Positions 56,144 through 64,000 of a stretch of DNA of 64,000 nucleotides are shown piece by piece. A program made the position numbers and the translations under genes. Source of the stretch: a bacterium. Its GTDB lineage: Bacteria; RBG-13-61-14; DATKZS01. Within the stretch, counting starts at the first letter, position 1. Each line of letters opens with the position of its first letter. The stretch spans positions 64,001-128,000 of the forward strand of contig CAXXFL010000003.1 of the NCBI GenBank assembly GCA_963674965.2, written 5' to 3'. Below the pieces are notes generated by a model. The model was not told the origin of the DNA. It saw only the letters and a program-made list of their open reading frames with translations, and did no database searches.

Positions 56144-59086
56144 ATGGCAAGCGATATAAAATCCACGCGCAACCGGCCATGCCGCCAAATAATGGCGGTC
56201 CTTGCCGGCGTAATTTTCATGGCGTTATTCTTTCCCGCCCCGTCTAGTGGACAGGACCAGCTTTCCACCCAGGACGACATGATCCAGAAGGCCAGGGAGT
56301 CTTATAACGACAGCCGGTTCCGGTCCTCGGCCGAGCTTTACCAGAGCTATCTCAACGCCTATCCCAACGGGGTTTACAGGGACGAGGCCGGCTTTTTCCA
56401 CGCCAGTTCCTATTACTGGCTCCGGGACCTGGACGAGGCGGACAGGGCCTTCGCCCGCGAGGAGAGGGTGAACCTCAAGTACTCCGAGCAGATACTGTAT
56501 TACCGAGGAGAAATCGCTTCCCTCCAGCGCGACTACAACAACGCCCTGGTTTACTACGACCGCCTGCTCAACGAATACCCGGGCTCGATCATGGCGGCCA
56601 AGGCCCTCCAGAGCAGGGCCGAGTTGCATTACAAGGAGGCCGACAAGTTTTTCTCCCAGGGAGCTTATTCCCTGGCCCTCCAGCATTATCAGCAGACGGA
56701 GGGGGTCAGGCCCGAGTATCAGCCCATCGTGAGCTACAAACTGGGCCTTTGTTATTACAAGCTAGGTGACCTCGACCGGGCCGCCAAGGTGTGGAACGAG
56801 CTGGTCAAGGACGATTCCGAGTCTCGTCAGGCCGCCGTGCTTGCCCTTTACCGCCTGGCGCGGGTGATGGAGGACAAGTCGAAATACGGCGACGCCGAAG
56901 CCGCTTATAACAAGCTGATTTCCATGGACAAGGACGGTTACGTCTCGCCGCTGGCCAAGGAGGGCATCGCCAGGGTCCAGGCCAACTCGGGCAACGTTGA
57001 CAAGGCCATGGCCTATTGGAAAAGCAGCGGGAGAGGACGCGAACTGATCGAGCTTTGCGACGGGTTCGACTCCGGCGTGGACCATTATCTTCATCGCGAG
57101 TACCCCGACGCGGTGAAGGAATTCAACGTTCTTATTTCGAAGGGAAGCGACTCGGAGCTTACGTGGAAGTCCAAGCTCTGGCTCGCCAGGTCTTACACCG
57201 CGCAAGGTGTTTCCTTTCAGGCGGCCGAGGCGTGGAAGGAGGTCATCTCCGACCCGGTCAGGATGAACGACCAGGCCCGGCTTGAATACGCCTGGGCAAT
57301 CCTCGAGGCGGACCCTAAAAAGGCCCAGGCGGCGGCCTCGGTGCTTTTCGAAAGCGGCGTGGGGTACACGGCCGAGGACGCCATGGCCATTACCGCCCTG
57401 GCCGGCCTTAAACAGGACCATAACTCCGGCCTGGCCGCGGCCCGCAAGTACCTGGAAACATATCCGTCGGGCAGGCACGCCGGTGAGCTTTCCCTTGCCT
57501 CGGCCAGGATACTGTTCGCGAGAGGAGACGCGGGCGCGGCGGAGAAGGCCTTCGAGACGGCGGTCAGGGAGCATCCCGACCCGGAGCAAAGGGTAGTGGC
57601 GGCCCTCGAGCTGGCCGAGCTACTCAAGCTTCAGGGCAGGTTCGACAGCGCCCTTACCGTCCTGGTCGACGCCAAGCAGGCCGCGAGGACCGCCTCGAGT
57701 CTGTCCGACAAGACCTCGAGGTCCGCCTCCGAGATCATGTACGCCAAGGGCTCTTATGAAAAGGGGATTAAGTACTTCGAGGAATTGTGCGCCTCGTCGT
57801 CGGGAGGACTGGCCTGCTCACCGGATGACAAGTTCCTCCTCTTCTGGGGATACTACAGGTCGGGCAAATACTCCGAGGCGCTAAGCGCGCTCGATTCCCT
57901 TCGCTCGGGCGGCGGGGACTGGGAATATCGGGCCGGCTTCTGGAGGGGAATAACCCTGCTCGAGAAGGGCGACGCCAAGGCGGCCTTCGCCGCGTTCACC
58001 TCCTTGAATCCGGCGTCGCCTCTCGAAAAGGGACTTGTGGCGTGGGAGATAGCCCGGGCCCAGCAAAGGGGGGGGGCCTACAAGGAGGCCATGGCCACCC
58101 TGACCCAACTGGGAGAGTCCAAACCGGACATGGGGTTTTACGTGAGGGGGGCCGTGCTGAAGCTGGCCCTCGAGTCCAACGACTTCCAGGCCTACCTGGC
58201 GGGTCTTCCCAAGCCCGAGGACCTGGACAGGGAGACCATCTCCGAGTCCGCCCTTATCGGCAGGATGAGGCGCATGGCCAAAAGCGGCGCCACGCCCGCC
58301 GAGCTGGAGACGGTCAACGGATACCTCGCGGTGGAGGCCGCCACCGAGCAGATAGCCGAGGAGGGGACCCTCATCGTGGCCAAGGCGGGCCTGGACGGAC
58401 CGGGAAGGCCCGAGGCCATGGCCATGATAGACCAGCTTTTGGCGGCCCATCCCGGGGGCAAGTTCGCCTCCGAGATACGGCTGTACCGGGCGGAGGAAAA
58501 CTTTTACCGCCGCGATTACCAGGGCGCCTTGTCCTGGATCGAGAGGGTCATGCCCGTGGACCTTCCCGATGACCTCGTTTTCAGGCTGCTTTACGTCAAG
58601 GGGCAGTGCTACAAGCAGCTAAGGCAGATCGAGAGCATGCGGCCCAATTTCCTGGCCATTGTAAAGGACCACGCCGAGGAGGGGACCTCCCAGGAGTGGC
58701 TGGACGTGGGCGTGGGACTTACGCTGGCCAGGGAGTTCACGCCCGCCCTTTTCGCGCTCAACCTGGCCAAGACCAAGTCCGACGATCCCCGGGTCCACGC
58801 CGAGGCCACCTATTGGACGGGGCTGGTGCAGGAGGGGACCGGCGACCTGGACGGCGCCTATGACACCTTCATGTCCGTGCAGAAGAATTTCTCGGGCCAG
58901 GGAATGTGGGTGACCACGTCGCTTTACGAGGCGGCGGGGGTGCTGGTCATGAAGAAGGAGTACGACCAGGCCCTCGACCTTTACCGAAAAGTACTGAACA
59001 TGTCCCGGGGCGATCAGGCCACCAGCGGCAAGGTCAAGGCCAAGATGGAAGAGGTAAAGGCGATCCAGAAAAGCCAGGGCGGATAG
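56144..59086 (+). CDS. Large exported TPR-repeat protein (about 980 aa, YfiO/CpoB-type repeats)
   Basis: GGAGG SD before ATG 56144; hydrophobic signal segment; recurring YL..YP.G, LL.EYPGS and YKLG.CYY..G TPR units throughout. Confidence 0.85.
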   Translation: MASDIKSTRNRPCRQIMAVLAGVIFMALFFPAPSSGQDQLSTQDDMIQKARESYNDSRFRSSAELYQSYLNAYPNGVYRDEAGFFHASSYYWLRDLDEADRAFAREERVNLKYSEQILYYRGEIASLQRDYNNALVYYDRLLNEYPGSIMAAKALQSRAELHYKEADKFFSQGAYSLALQHYQQTEGVRPEYQPIVSYKLGLCYYKLGDLDRAAKVWNELVKDDSESRQAAVLALYRLARVMEDKSKYGDAEAAYNKLISMDKDGYVSPLAKEGIARVQANSGNVDKAMAYWKSSGRGRELIELCDGFDSGVDHYLHREYPDAVKEFNVLISKGSDSELTWKSKLWLARSYTAQGVSFQAAEAWKEVISDPVRMNDQARLEYAWAILEADPKKAQAAASVLFESGVGYTAEDAMAITALAGLKQDHNSGLAAARKYLETYPSGRHAGELSLASARILFARGDAGAAEKAFETAVREHPDPEQRVVAALELAELLKLQGRFDSALTVLVDAKQAARTASSLSDKTSRSASEIMYAKGSYEKGIKYFEELCASSSGGLACSPDDKFLLFWGYYRSGKYSEALSALDSLRSGGGDWEYRAGFWRGITLLEKGDAKAAFAAFTSLNPASPLEKGLVAWEIARAQQRGGAYKEAMATLTQLGESKPDMGFYVRGAVLKLALESNDFQAYLAGLPKPEDLDRETISESALIGRMRRMAKSGATPAELETVNGYLAVEAATEQIAEEGTLIVAKAGLDGPGRPEAMAMIDQLLAAHPGGKFASEIRLYRAEENFYRRDYQGALSWIERVMPVDLPDDLVFRLLYVKGQCYKQLRQIESMRPNFLAIVKDHAEEGTSQEWLDVGVGLTLAREFTPALFALNLAKTKSDDPRVHAEATYWTGLVQEGTGDLDGAYDTFMSVQKNFSGQGMWVTTSLYEAAGVLVMKKEYDQALDLYRKVLNMSRGDQATSGKVKAKMEEVKAIQKSQGG

Positions 59087-59093
59087 CGCCGAG

Positions 59094-59684
59094 TCAGGCG
59101 GGCCCCTTTTTCTTTCCGTGATAAAGCTCGCTTCCCGCGCCGGGATAGGTCTTGCGGTCATCCGTTGGGACCGGCTCGGGAGGGGGCCATTTGCCGGGCT
59201 GGGGGGCATGGCCCTCCTTGGCCGTCTCCGAGGGCGAGGAGTCGGCCAAAAAGGGCGCCTCGCGCGGGTCCCGGCCGGGCACGGGCCAACTGAACTCGAT
59301 AGGTATCTCGTTGGGGTCGAAGGTATAGATGGAATGGATAAAGCCGTGGTCGACGACCTCGGAAACCCAGAACCCGGCCCCCCTCAGCTTTCCCATCAGT
59401 TCCCAAAGATCGGCTTGATTCTCCACGCCGATCGAGACGTGGTCGAAACCCACCGGTCCTTCCGCGGGGGCGCCGTGGTCCTTGGGCCTCAGCGGCTCGA
59501 CGCCCGGCCACTCGAAAAAGGCGATGGCGTCGGTCCCGGAAATCTCGAAGAAATAGTGCCTGTATCCGGGACTTCCAATTCCGGCGACCATCCTGGCGCC
59601 GAGCAGGTCTCGCCAGAAACGGATGGTCTCGTCCATGTCTCCCGTGACCAGGGCGAGGTGATTGACTCCCTTAAAAGTCGCCAT
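59094..59684 (-). CDS. VOC/glyoxalase family protein
   Basis: GVNHLAL.T.DM.ETIRFW..LLG, HYFF, FDHVS, DHGFIHSIY.FDPN.I.IE. Confidence 0.9.
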   Translation of the reverse strand: MATFKGVNHLALVTGDMDETIRFWRDLLGARMVAGIGSPGYRHYFFEISGTDAIAFFEWPGVEPLRPKDHGAPAEGPVGFDHVSIGVENQADLWELMGKLRGAGFWVSEVVDHGFIHSIYTFDPNEIPIEFSWPVPGRDPREAPFLADSSPSETAKEGHAPQPGKWPPPEPVPTDDRKTYPGAGSELYHGKKKGPA

Positions 59685-61151
59685 CTAGCGGGGGAACCCT
59701 CTTCCTTTGCCCCTGGTGGTCCATCTCGAGTTCGACCCGCCGTAGTAATAGTCGTAGTAATAATCCCAGAAATCGTAGGGGTCCCAGTAGTAGTAATAGG
59801 AGGGAATCTCGTATTCCTTCACGACGGGCTGAATTATCTTCTTTTCCGTCCCGTCGGGCAGGTCGTATAAAAGGACCAACTCGTGCTCGGTATAGGCGTC
59901 GGGCTCGATGGTCCCGATAAAATGGACCGCCACGATGGGAAACTTCTCGATCGAGCCGGGCATGAACTTCTTTATTCCCAGGTCCTTGACCTCGGATATT
60001 ACCGTGCCCGTCACCACCATCTTGGGCCGCATGATCGGCGCATAGCCGGCGTTCTCGATCTTGACCTCGAGGTACATGAACTGATCGTCCAGTTTGCGCT
60101 TGATCTCCGTAATGTTGATGCCGGTGTTGGTGGTGGGGGCAGCGCCTTCCTTGATCTTGTTCCTATTGTCCATAATGACGTCCACGTCCTTCTGGTAAAG
60201 GTCCGGGAGCTTGCCCTGCTTGGCCAGGTAGGGCTTCTGGGCCCAGTACTCGTCCCAGCCCCTGGCCCAGGTCATGATCCGGGCCGAATAGGAGGGAGGA
60301 TTGAACTTCTCCGGGTCGTAGCGGCGGGCCGCCTTGCCGACCTCGTCGTACTCGTCGCTCAGGTCCTCAAGCTCGTGCTTGATCATCATGTAGATGCCCT
60401 CGCTGGCCGAGATGATCCGTTTCTCGCTCTCGAGGCTGCGGCCGCCCAGGCGGTCGTTTAGCGCCCGGGAGAGTTCCGCCAGCCGCTTGCGGAAATGCTC
60501 GGTCACCTCGGCCCTGACCTGGTCGGCCTTGGAACCCTCTCCAAGCTCCTTGAAAAGCGATTCCACCCCCAGGGCCGCGTCCGTTATTTCCTCCGGGTCC
60601 TGGGGGGGCTGGAAAGCCGCCAGCATGGCCAGGTAACCCTGCTCGACCGCCGCCTGGTGGTATTCTCCGGCGGCCCAGTCGTCGCCCTTTTTCTCCATCT
60701 CGAGATTCTTGTCCTTCAACGACTCGGCCAGGGAGAGAATACCGGCGCAGGTCTCGCCCGAGTAGCTCGTGTCTATCCGGCTTTTATGTTCCTCGTAACA
60801 TTTGGTCCGGGACTTGAGAATGAGCTGCATGGCCTCGTCGGCCAACTGGCCCGCCTTGGCCTCGTCACCCTTGGCCAACGCTCTCCTGCCTTCCGACTCG
60901 AGAAGTCTGAATCCCTGGGTGTCCTCGTTTCCGGGATCGTCCTTGGCCAGGACGTCGTAGAGAATATCGAGCCGATGATACTTGTCTTCCACCGAAAGGC
61001 TCGAAAATGGAGACGAGGAAAAAGGTGAAGACTCCTCGGCCGCCGCGGCGGTTTCGGCGCCCGTCGCTTTTTCCGACTTGGGCGCGCACGATAATAACGT
61101 AAGGACTGCCAGGAACGGCGTTAAAGTCACCAGTGTTTTAATGGAATTCAT
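59685..61151 (-). CDS. Hypothetical lipoprotein with Tyr-rich C-terminal tail
   Basis: AAGGAGG SD before ATG 61151; lipobox LLSC; helical middle region, beta-rich end, tail YYYYWDPYDFWDYYYDYYYGG. Confidence 0.7.
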   Translation of the reverse strand: MNSIKTLVTLTPFLAVLTLLSCAPKSEKATGAETAAAAEESSPFSSSPFSSLSVEDKYHRLDILYDVLAKDDPGNEDTQGFRLLESEGRRALAKGDEAKAGQLADEAMQLILKSRTKCYEEHKSRIDTSYSGETCAGILSLAESLKDKNLEMEKKGDDWAAGEYHQAAVEQGYLAMLAAFQPPQDPEEITDAALGVESLFKELGEGSKADQVRAEVTEHFRKRLAELSRALNDRLGGRSLESEKRIISASEGIYMMIKHELEDLSDEYDEVGKAARRYDPEKFNPPSYSARIMTWARGWDEYWAQKPYLAKQGKLPDLYQKDVDVIMDNRNKIKEGAAPTTNTGINITEIKRKLDDQFMYLEVKIENAGYAPIMRPKMVVTGTVISEVKDLGIKKFMPGSIEKFPIVAVHFIGTIEPDAYTEHELVLLYDLPDGTEKKIIQPVVKEYEIPSYYYYWDPYDFWDYYYDYYYGGSNSRWTTRGKGRGFPR

Positions 61152-61265
61152 GGCGCTCTTCCTCCTTGACCGGTTTGGATTCAATTATGCCAGAATAATA
61201 TCTGGTTTGCCAGAGTTATTTGTCCGCCCGCGGCCCGAGGCGGGAAGGGACATTCCAGCCGGACC

Positions 61266-62063
61266 TCACCCCTGGTGGCGCGACTTATAAGTCTCCAGAA
61301 GGCGGGACATTACCTCGCCGGCCTTGTCCCGGATAATAAGGTCGGCGTATCGGTCGCCGCCGGTCTCGGAAAGGTTAAGTATAACCACCCTCGCGCCGGC
61401 CTCTTTCGCGATCATCGGCATAAGAGCGGCCGGGTATACGACGAGAGTCGAGCCTATGGCCAGCATAAGGTCGCACTCCCGGGACAGACGCTCGGCCTCC
61501 CGCACCTCACGCTCGGGCATGGTCTGGCCGAAGCTGACGGTGGCGGTTTTAAGTATGCCCCCGCATTTTACGCAACTGGGTATGTCCACCAGCTCGCGCT
61601 CGATCCTGGCTCGAATCTCCTCGGAGGGCCACCTGCCGCCGCAGGAGACGCAGTACACCTCCCTGTTGGTCCCGTGAAGCTCGATCACCTTGTCGGCCGG
61701 CGTTCCCGCGTCCTGGTGAAGTCCGTCGATGTTCTGGGTGATCAACGCCCGGGCTTTGCCCAGGGCGAAAAGCTCGGCGATCGCCTTATGGGCCGCGTTC
61801 GGCCTGGCCTTCCACATGGCGTCGTTTTCCATGAACATTTTCCATCTGAGCTTTCTTACCTCGGGATCGGCCAGAAACCTCTGATAGGTCAGCTTGGTGG
61901 GATCGTATTTGCTCCAGATTCCGCCGGGGGAGCGGAAATCGGGAATGCCGCTCTCCGTGCTTATGCCGGCTCCCGTGAATATCACCAGGCCCCTGGATTC
62001 GTGGACCCACTCGGCCAGGGTCCCAATGGCGTCGTCCAGGTCCATGGTATCAAATTGGCTCAT
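61266..62063 (-). CDS. cobB: NAD-dependent protein deacylase (sirtuin, Sir2 family)
   Basis: TGAGISTESGIPDFRS..G.W, PN.AH, ITQNIDGLHQ.AG, ELHG, CxxC..CxxC, GSTL.VYPAA. Confidence 0.95.
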   Translation of the reverse strand: MSQFDTMDLDDAIGTLAEWVHESRGLVIFTGAGISTESGIPDFRSPGGIWSKYDPTKLTYQRFLADPEVRKLRWKMFMENDAMWKARPNAAHKAIAELFALGKARALITQNIDGLHQDAGTPADKVIELHGTNREVYCVSCGGRWPSEEIRARIERELVDIPSCVKCGGILKTATVSFGQTMPEREVREAERLSRECDLMLAIGSTLVVYPAALMPMIAKEAGARVVILNLSETGGDRYADLIIRDKAGEVMSRLLETYKSRHQG

Positions 62064-62105
62064 TCTTATATCCCCGCTTTGCGTCCGCTTGCCAGGGAGC
62101 CTTTA

Positions 62106-62975
62106 TCAGTCGCTTCCTTGGGAAGGCGTCTTGTTCATGCTTCCCGTCCTGTATCCTTTAAGGTCCAGGGCCGCGAATAAAAAGCCGGCCTTTCTCACCG
62201 CTTCCCCCGCGGCCTCGAGCAGAGCGGGGTCGTCCATGACGGCTTTCATTCCCTCCCGGTCCAACTCTATCCGTCCCACTTCGCCGTGGGACCTTACCCG
62301 GAGCTGCCTGAACCCCAGGGCGCGCAGGGCCATCTCCGCCTCCCCGACCCTGGCCAGGCCCTCCTGGGTCACCGGTTCTCCGTGGGGAAACCTAGAGGCC
62401 AGGCAGGCGCTGGAGGGCGCGTTCCAGTTCGGAAGTCCCAGGCTCGCCGCGATCCTTCTTACCGCGGCCTTGTCTATTCCCGCCTCGACCAGCGGATGAC
62501 GCGCTCCAAGCTCCTTGGCCGCCCTCGAGCCGGGACGGTAGTCGCCAAGGTCGTCGAGGTTGGTCCCGTCAATAAGGAAGTCCTTGCCGAACTTCTCGGC
62601 CATCTTGGCCAGGTCTCCGTATATTTGGAGCTTGCAATGGTAGCACCGGTCCGGGGGGTTCTCGGAGAAGCACGGCGAGGAGAGGGGCACGCCGGGAATG
62701 ACCTTATGGGTCAAGTGGATGGTTTTGGCGTACTCGCGGGCGAAGTTCTGCTCCTCCCTCGGGTACACGGGAGAGGAGGCCGTCACGGCCATGGCCTTCA
62801 GGCCCAGCACGCCCTTTGCCACGCGGGCCACCAGGGTCGAGTCCACGCCGCCCGAGAAGGCCACCAGCGCCGAGTTCATCTCCCGGATTACGTCCCGAAG
62901 CCGATCGAGGGCCCGGCGGTCTTTTTCCTCCAGGGGAGGAGCGCTCTTTTCATCGCCGGTTCGCGGGTCGGACAT
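62106..62975 (-). CDS. larE: ATP-dependent sulfur transferase, LarE family
   Basis: PP-loop AFSGGVDS, NPPDRCYHCK, DGTN.DD.GDYRPG, ACLASRFP.G, RVR.H, GYRTGSMN. Confidence 0.93.
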   Translation of the reverse strand: MSDPRTGDEKSAPPLEEKDRRALDRLRDVIREMNSALVAFSGGVDSTLVARVAKGVLGLKAMAVTASSPVYPREEQNFAREYAKTIHLTHKVIPGVPLSSPCFSENPPDRCYHCKLQIYGDLAKMAEKFGKDFLIDGTNLDDLGDYRPGSRAAKELGARHPLVEAGIDKAAVRRIAASLGLPNWNAPSSACLASRFPHGEPVTQEGLARVGEAEMALRALGFRQLRVRSHGEVGRIELDREGMKAVMDDPALLEAAGEAVRKAGFLFAALDLKGYRTGSMNKTPSQGSD

Positions 62976-63000
62976 GTCCTTTCCTCCGGGAGGTCCCGAG

Positions 63001-63645
63001 CTATCCGGGAATATTCATCCGGCGGAAGCGGCCGGATATCTCTTTACAATCCCGGGCGAGGTCGAGGTCGAGGCTTTCGCCGGGGGCCGCGGTAATTTCC
63101 CCTCCGGCCTCAGCGGTGGAGCCGGGAAACAGGTCCTCGCATATCCTGACCGCTCGGGCGAGGTCCGCCGCCGCCCTTTCCTCTTCGCCCAGCGCCATTA
63201 GCGTCTGGGCCCTCGTGTCCAGGGCCCTCGGGTCCTCGTTCGAAACTTCAACCGCCTTGTCGGCGTATTCCATGGCCTTGCCCGGTTTGCCCGACAGCGT
63301 CAGGCACATGGCCAGGTTGTTGAGGACCGCGAAGTTGTCGGGATCGACCTCGAGGGCGCGGCGATAGTATCCGGCGGCGATCAGGTATTTTCCCTCGGAA
63401 ACGGACGCGTTGCCCAGGCCGGTGAGGGCCACCAGATTGTGAGGGTCCTTTTTAATCGAGGCGGCGTATTCCCTGACCGCCATCTCCAGGTTTCCCTCCC
63501 GCTCGTAAATGGCGCCCATGCTCGCGTGTTCCTCCGCCGTGAGGGGGTCGCTGAAAACGACCAGCTCGGGAGCGCGGGGGCAACCGGTCAGGAGCAAGAC
63601 GCCGACCGACGCGACCCAGAAAAATATGGCGCGTCCTCGTTTCAA
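63001..63645 (-). CDS. TPR lipoprotein
   Basis: Lipobox LTGC; DPLTAEEH..G.IYE, LGN, YRRAL..DP..NNLA, LDTRA. Confidence 0.85.
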   Translation of the reverse strand: MKRGRAIFFWVASVGVLLLTGCPRAPELVVFSDPLTAEEHASMGAIYEREGNLEMAVREYAASIKKDPHNLVALTGLGNASVSEGKYLIAAGYYRRALEVDPDNFAVLNNLAMCLTLSGKPGKAMEYADKAVEVSNEDPRALDTRAQTLMALGEEERAAADLARAVRICEDLFPGSTAEAGGEITAAPGESLDLDLARDCKEISGRFRRMNIPG

Positions 63646-64000
63646 TTCTTTTTTTCCTCGCTCGCCTTCTCCGAATCCATGGGCGCATTTTTATCGCCGG
63701 CCTTGGGCTTCATGGTCATCATCATGTAACCCGTCCTTTTCCATTGCCGCAGAAAGCGTCCTTCCGGCTCCATGAGCCAGGGGTCTAGCCCGGAATGAAG
63801 CACCAGGAAGTCCTTGCCCCCGTCTTTGACGTAGCCCGCGGCCACCGCGAAATGCCTCCTGGGAAGAGGGTTGACGGCGAGGTTCAAAAATACGATGACC
63901 GGACGCCCGGCGTCTATCTCCGCCTTGATTTCCTCGAGGGTCCCCGGCTTCCAGTGGGCTTCCATGCCGGCCCGGTTGGCCGCGATGAGGAGATCGACGG
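63642..64000 (-). CDS. Peptidase C39-like protein (PA2778-like), 5' end off the window
   Basis: Frame stays open to the window edge (..VDLLIAANRAGME..); IDAGRPVIV.LNL..HFAV..GY..LHSG..F.RQW; overlaps the start of the TPR lipoprotein gene. Confidence 0.75.
   Translation of the reverse strand, partial: VDLLIAANRAGMEAHWKPGTLEEIKAEIDAGRPVIVFLNLAVNPLPRRHFAVAAGYVKDGGKDFLVLHSGLDPWLMEPEGRFLRQWKRTGYMMMTMKPKAGDKNAPMDSEKASEEKKN

Noticed and set aside
61185..61215. TGGCA motifs as a sigma-54 promoter for the lipoprotein gene
   Set aside because: Neither copy has GC at the required GG-N10-GC spacing

Overview
GC-rich chromosomal window, probably from a deltaproteobacterial-type Gram-negative bacterium (inferred from the REC-PilZ regulator, a sigma-54 promoter, a stand-alone carB and the T2SS layout). 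It holds about 50 CDS and I saw no rRNA, intact tRNA, CRISPR array or transposase. Recognisable housekeeping genes are argS, dksA, bamD, carB, a khpA paralogue, a sirtuin and larE. There is a type II secretion cluster gspCDEFGHIJK that stops without L/M/N, a TetR-controlled acyl-CoA operon (inactive HMG-CoA-synthase-like/DUF35 fusion, SCP2-type thiolase, MFE-2-like SDR), c-di-GMP parts (REC-PilZ, GAF-HD-GYP, MshEN-like GspE N-terminus), and many exported hydrolases or envelope proteins (carboxylesterase, BNR protein, GH94-like protein, CapA, two Thr-type sulfatase-fold proteins, one frameshifted). The best candidates for undescribed systems are: (1) an AT-rich two-gene cassette at about 14.7-15.95 kb with its own promoter and a terminator-containing structured leader; (2) the PhlABC-like acyl-CoA operon; (3) a khpA / Zn-ribbon-Tudor-like / MBL-hydrolase operon; (4) a sigma-54-driven small orphan gene; (5) a solitary AAA_14/DUF4143 ATPase with a candidate operator. 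All family calls come from motif recognition by eye, not database searches. Several starts were moved from the ORF track to the codon with the best Shine-Dalgarno (SD) sequence.
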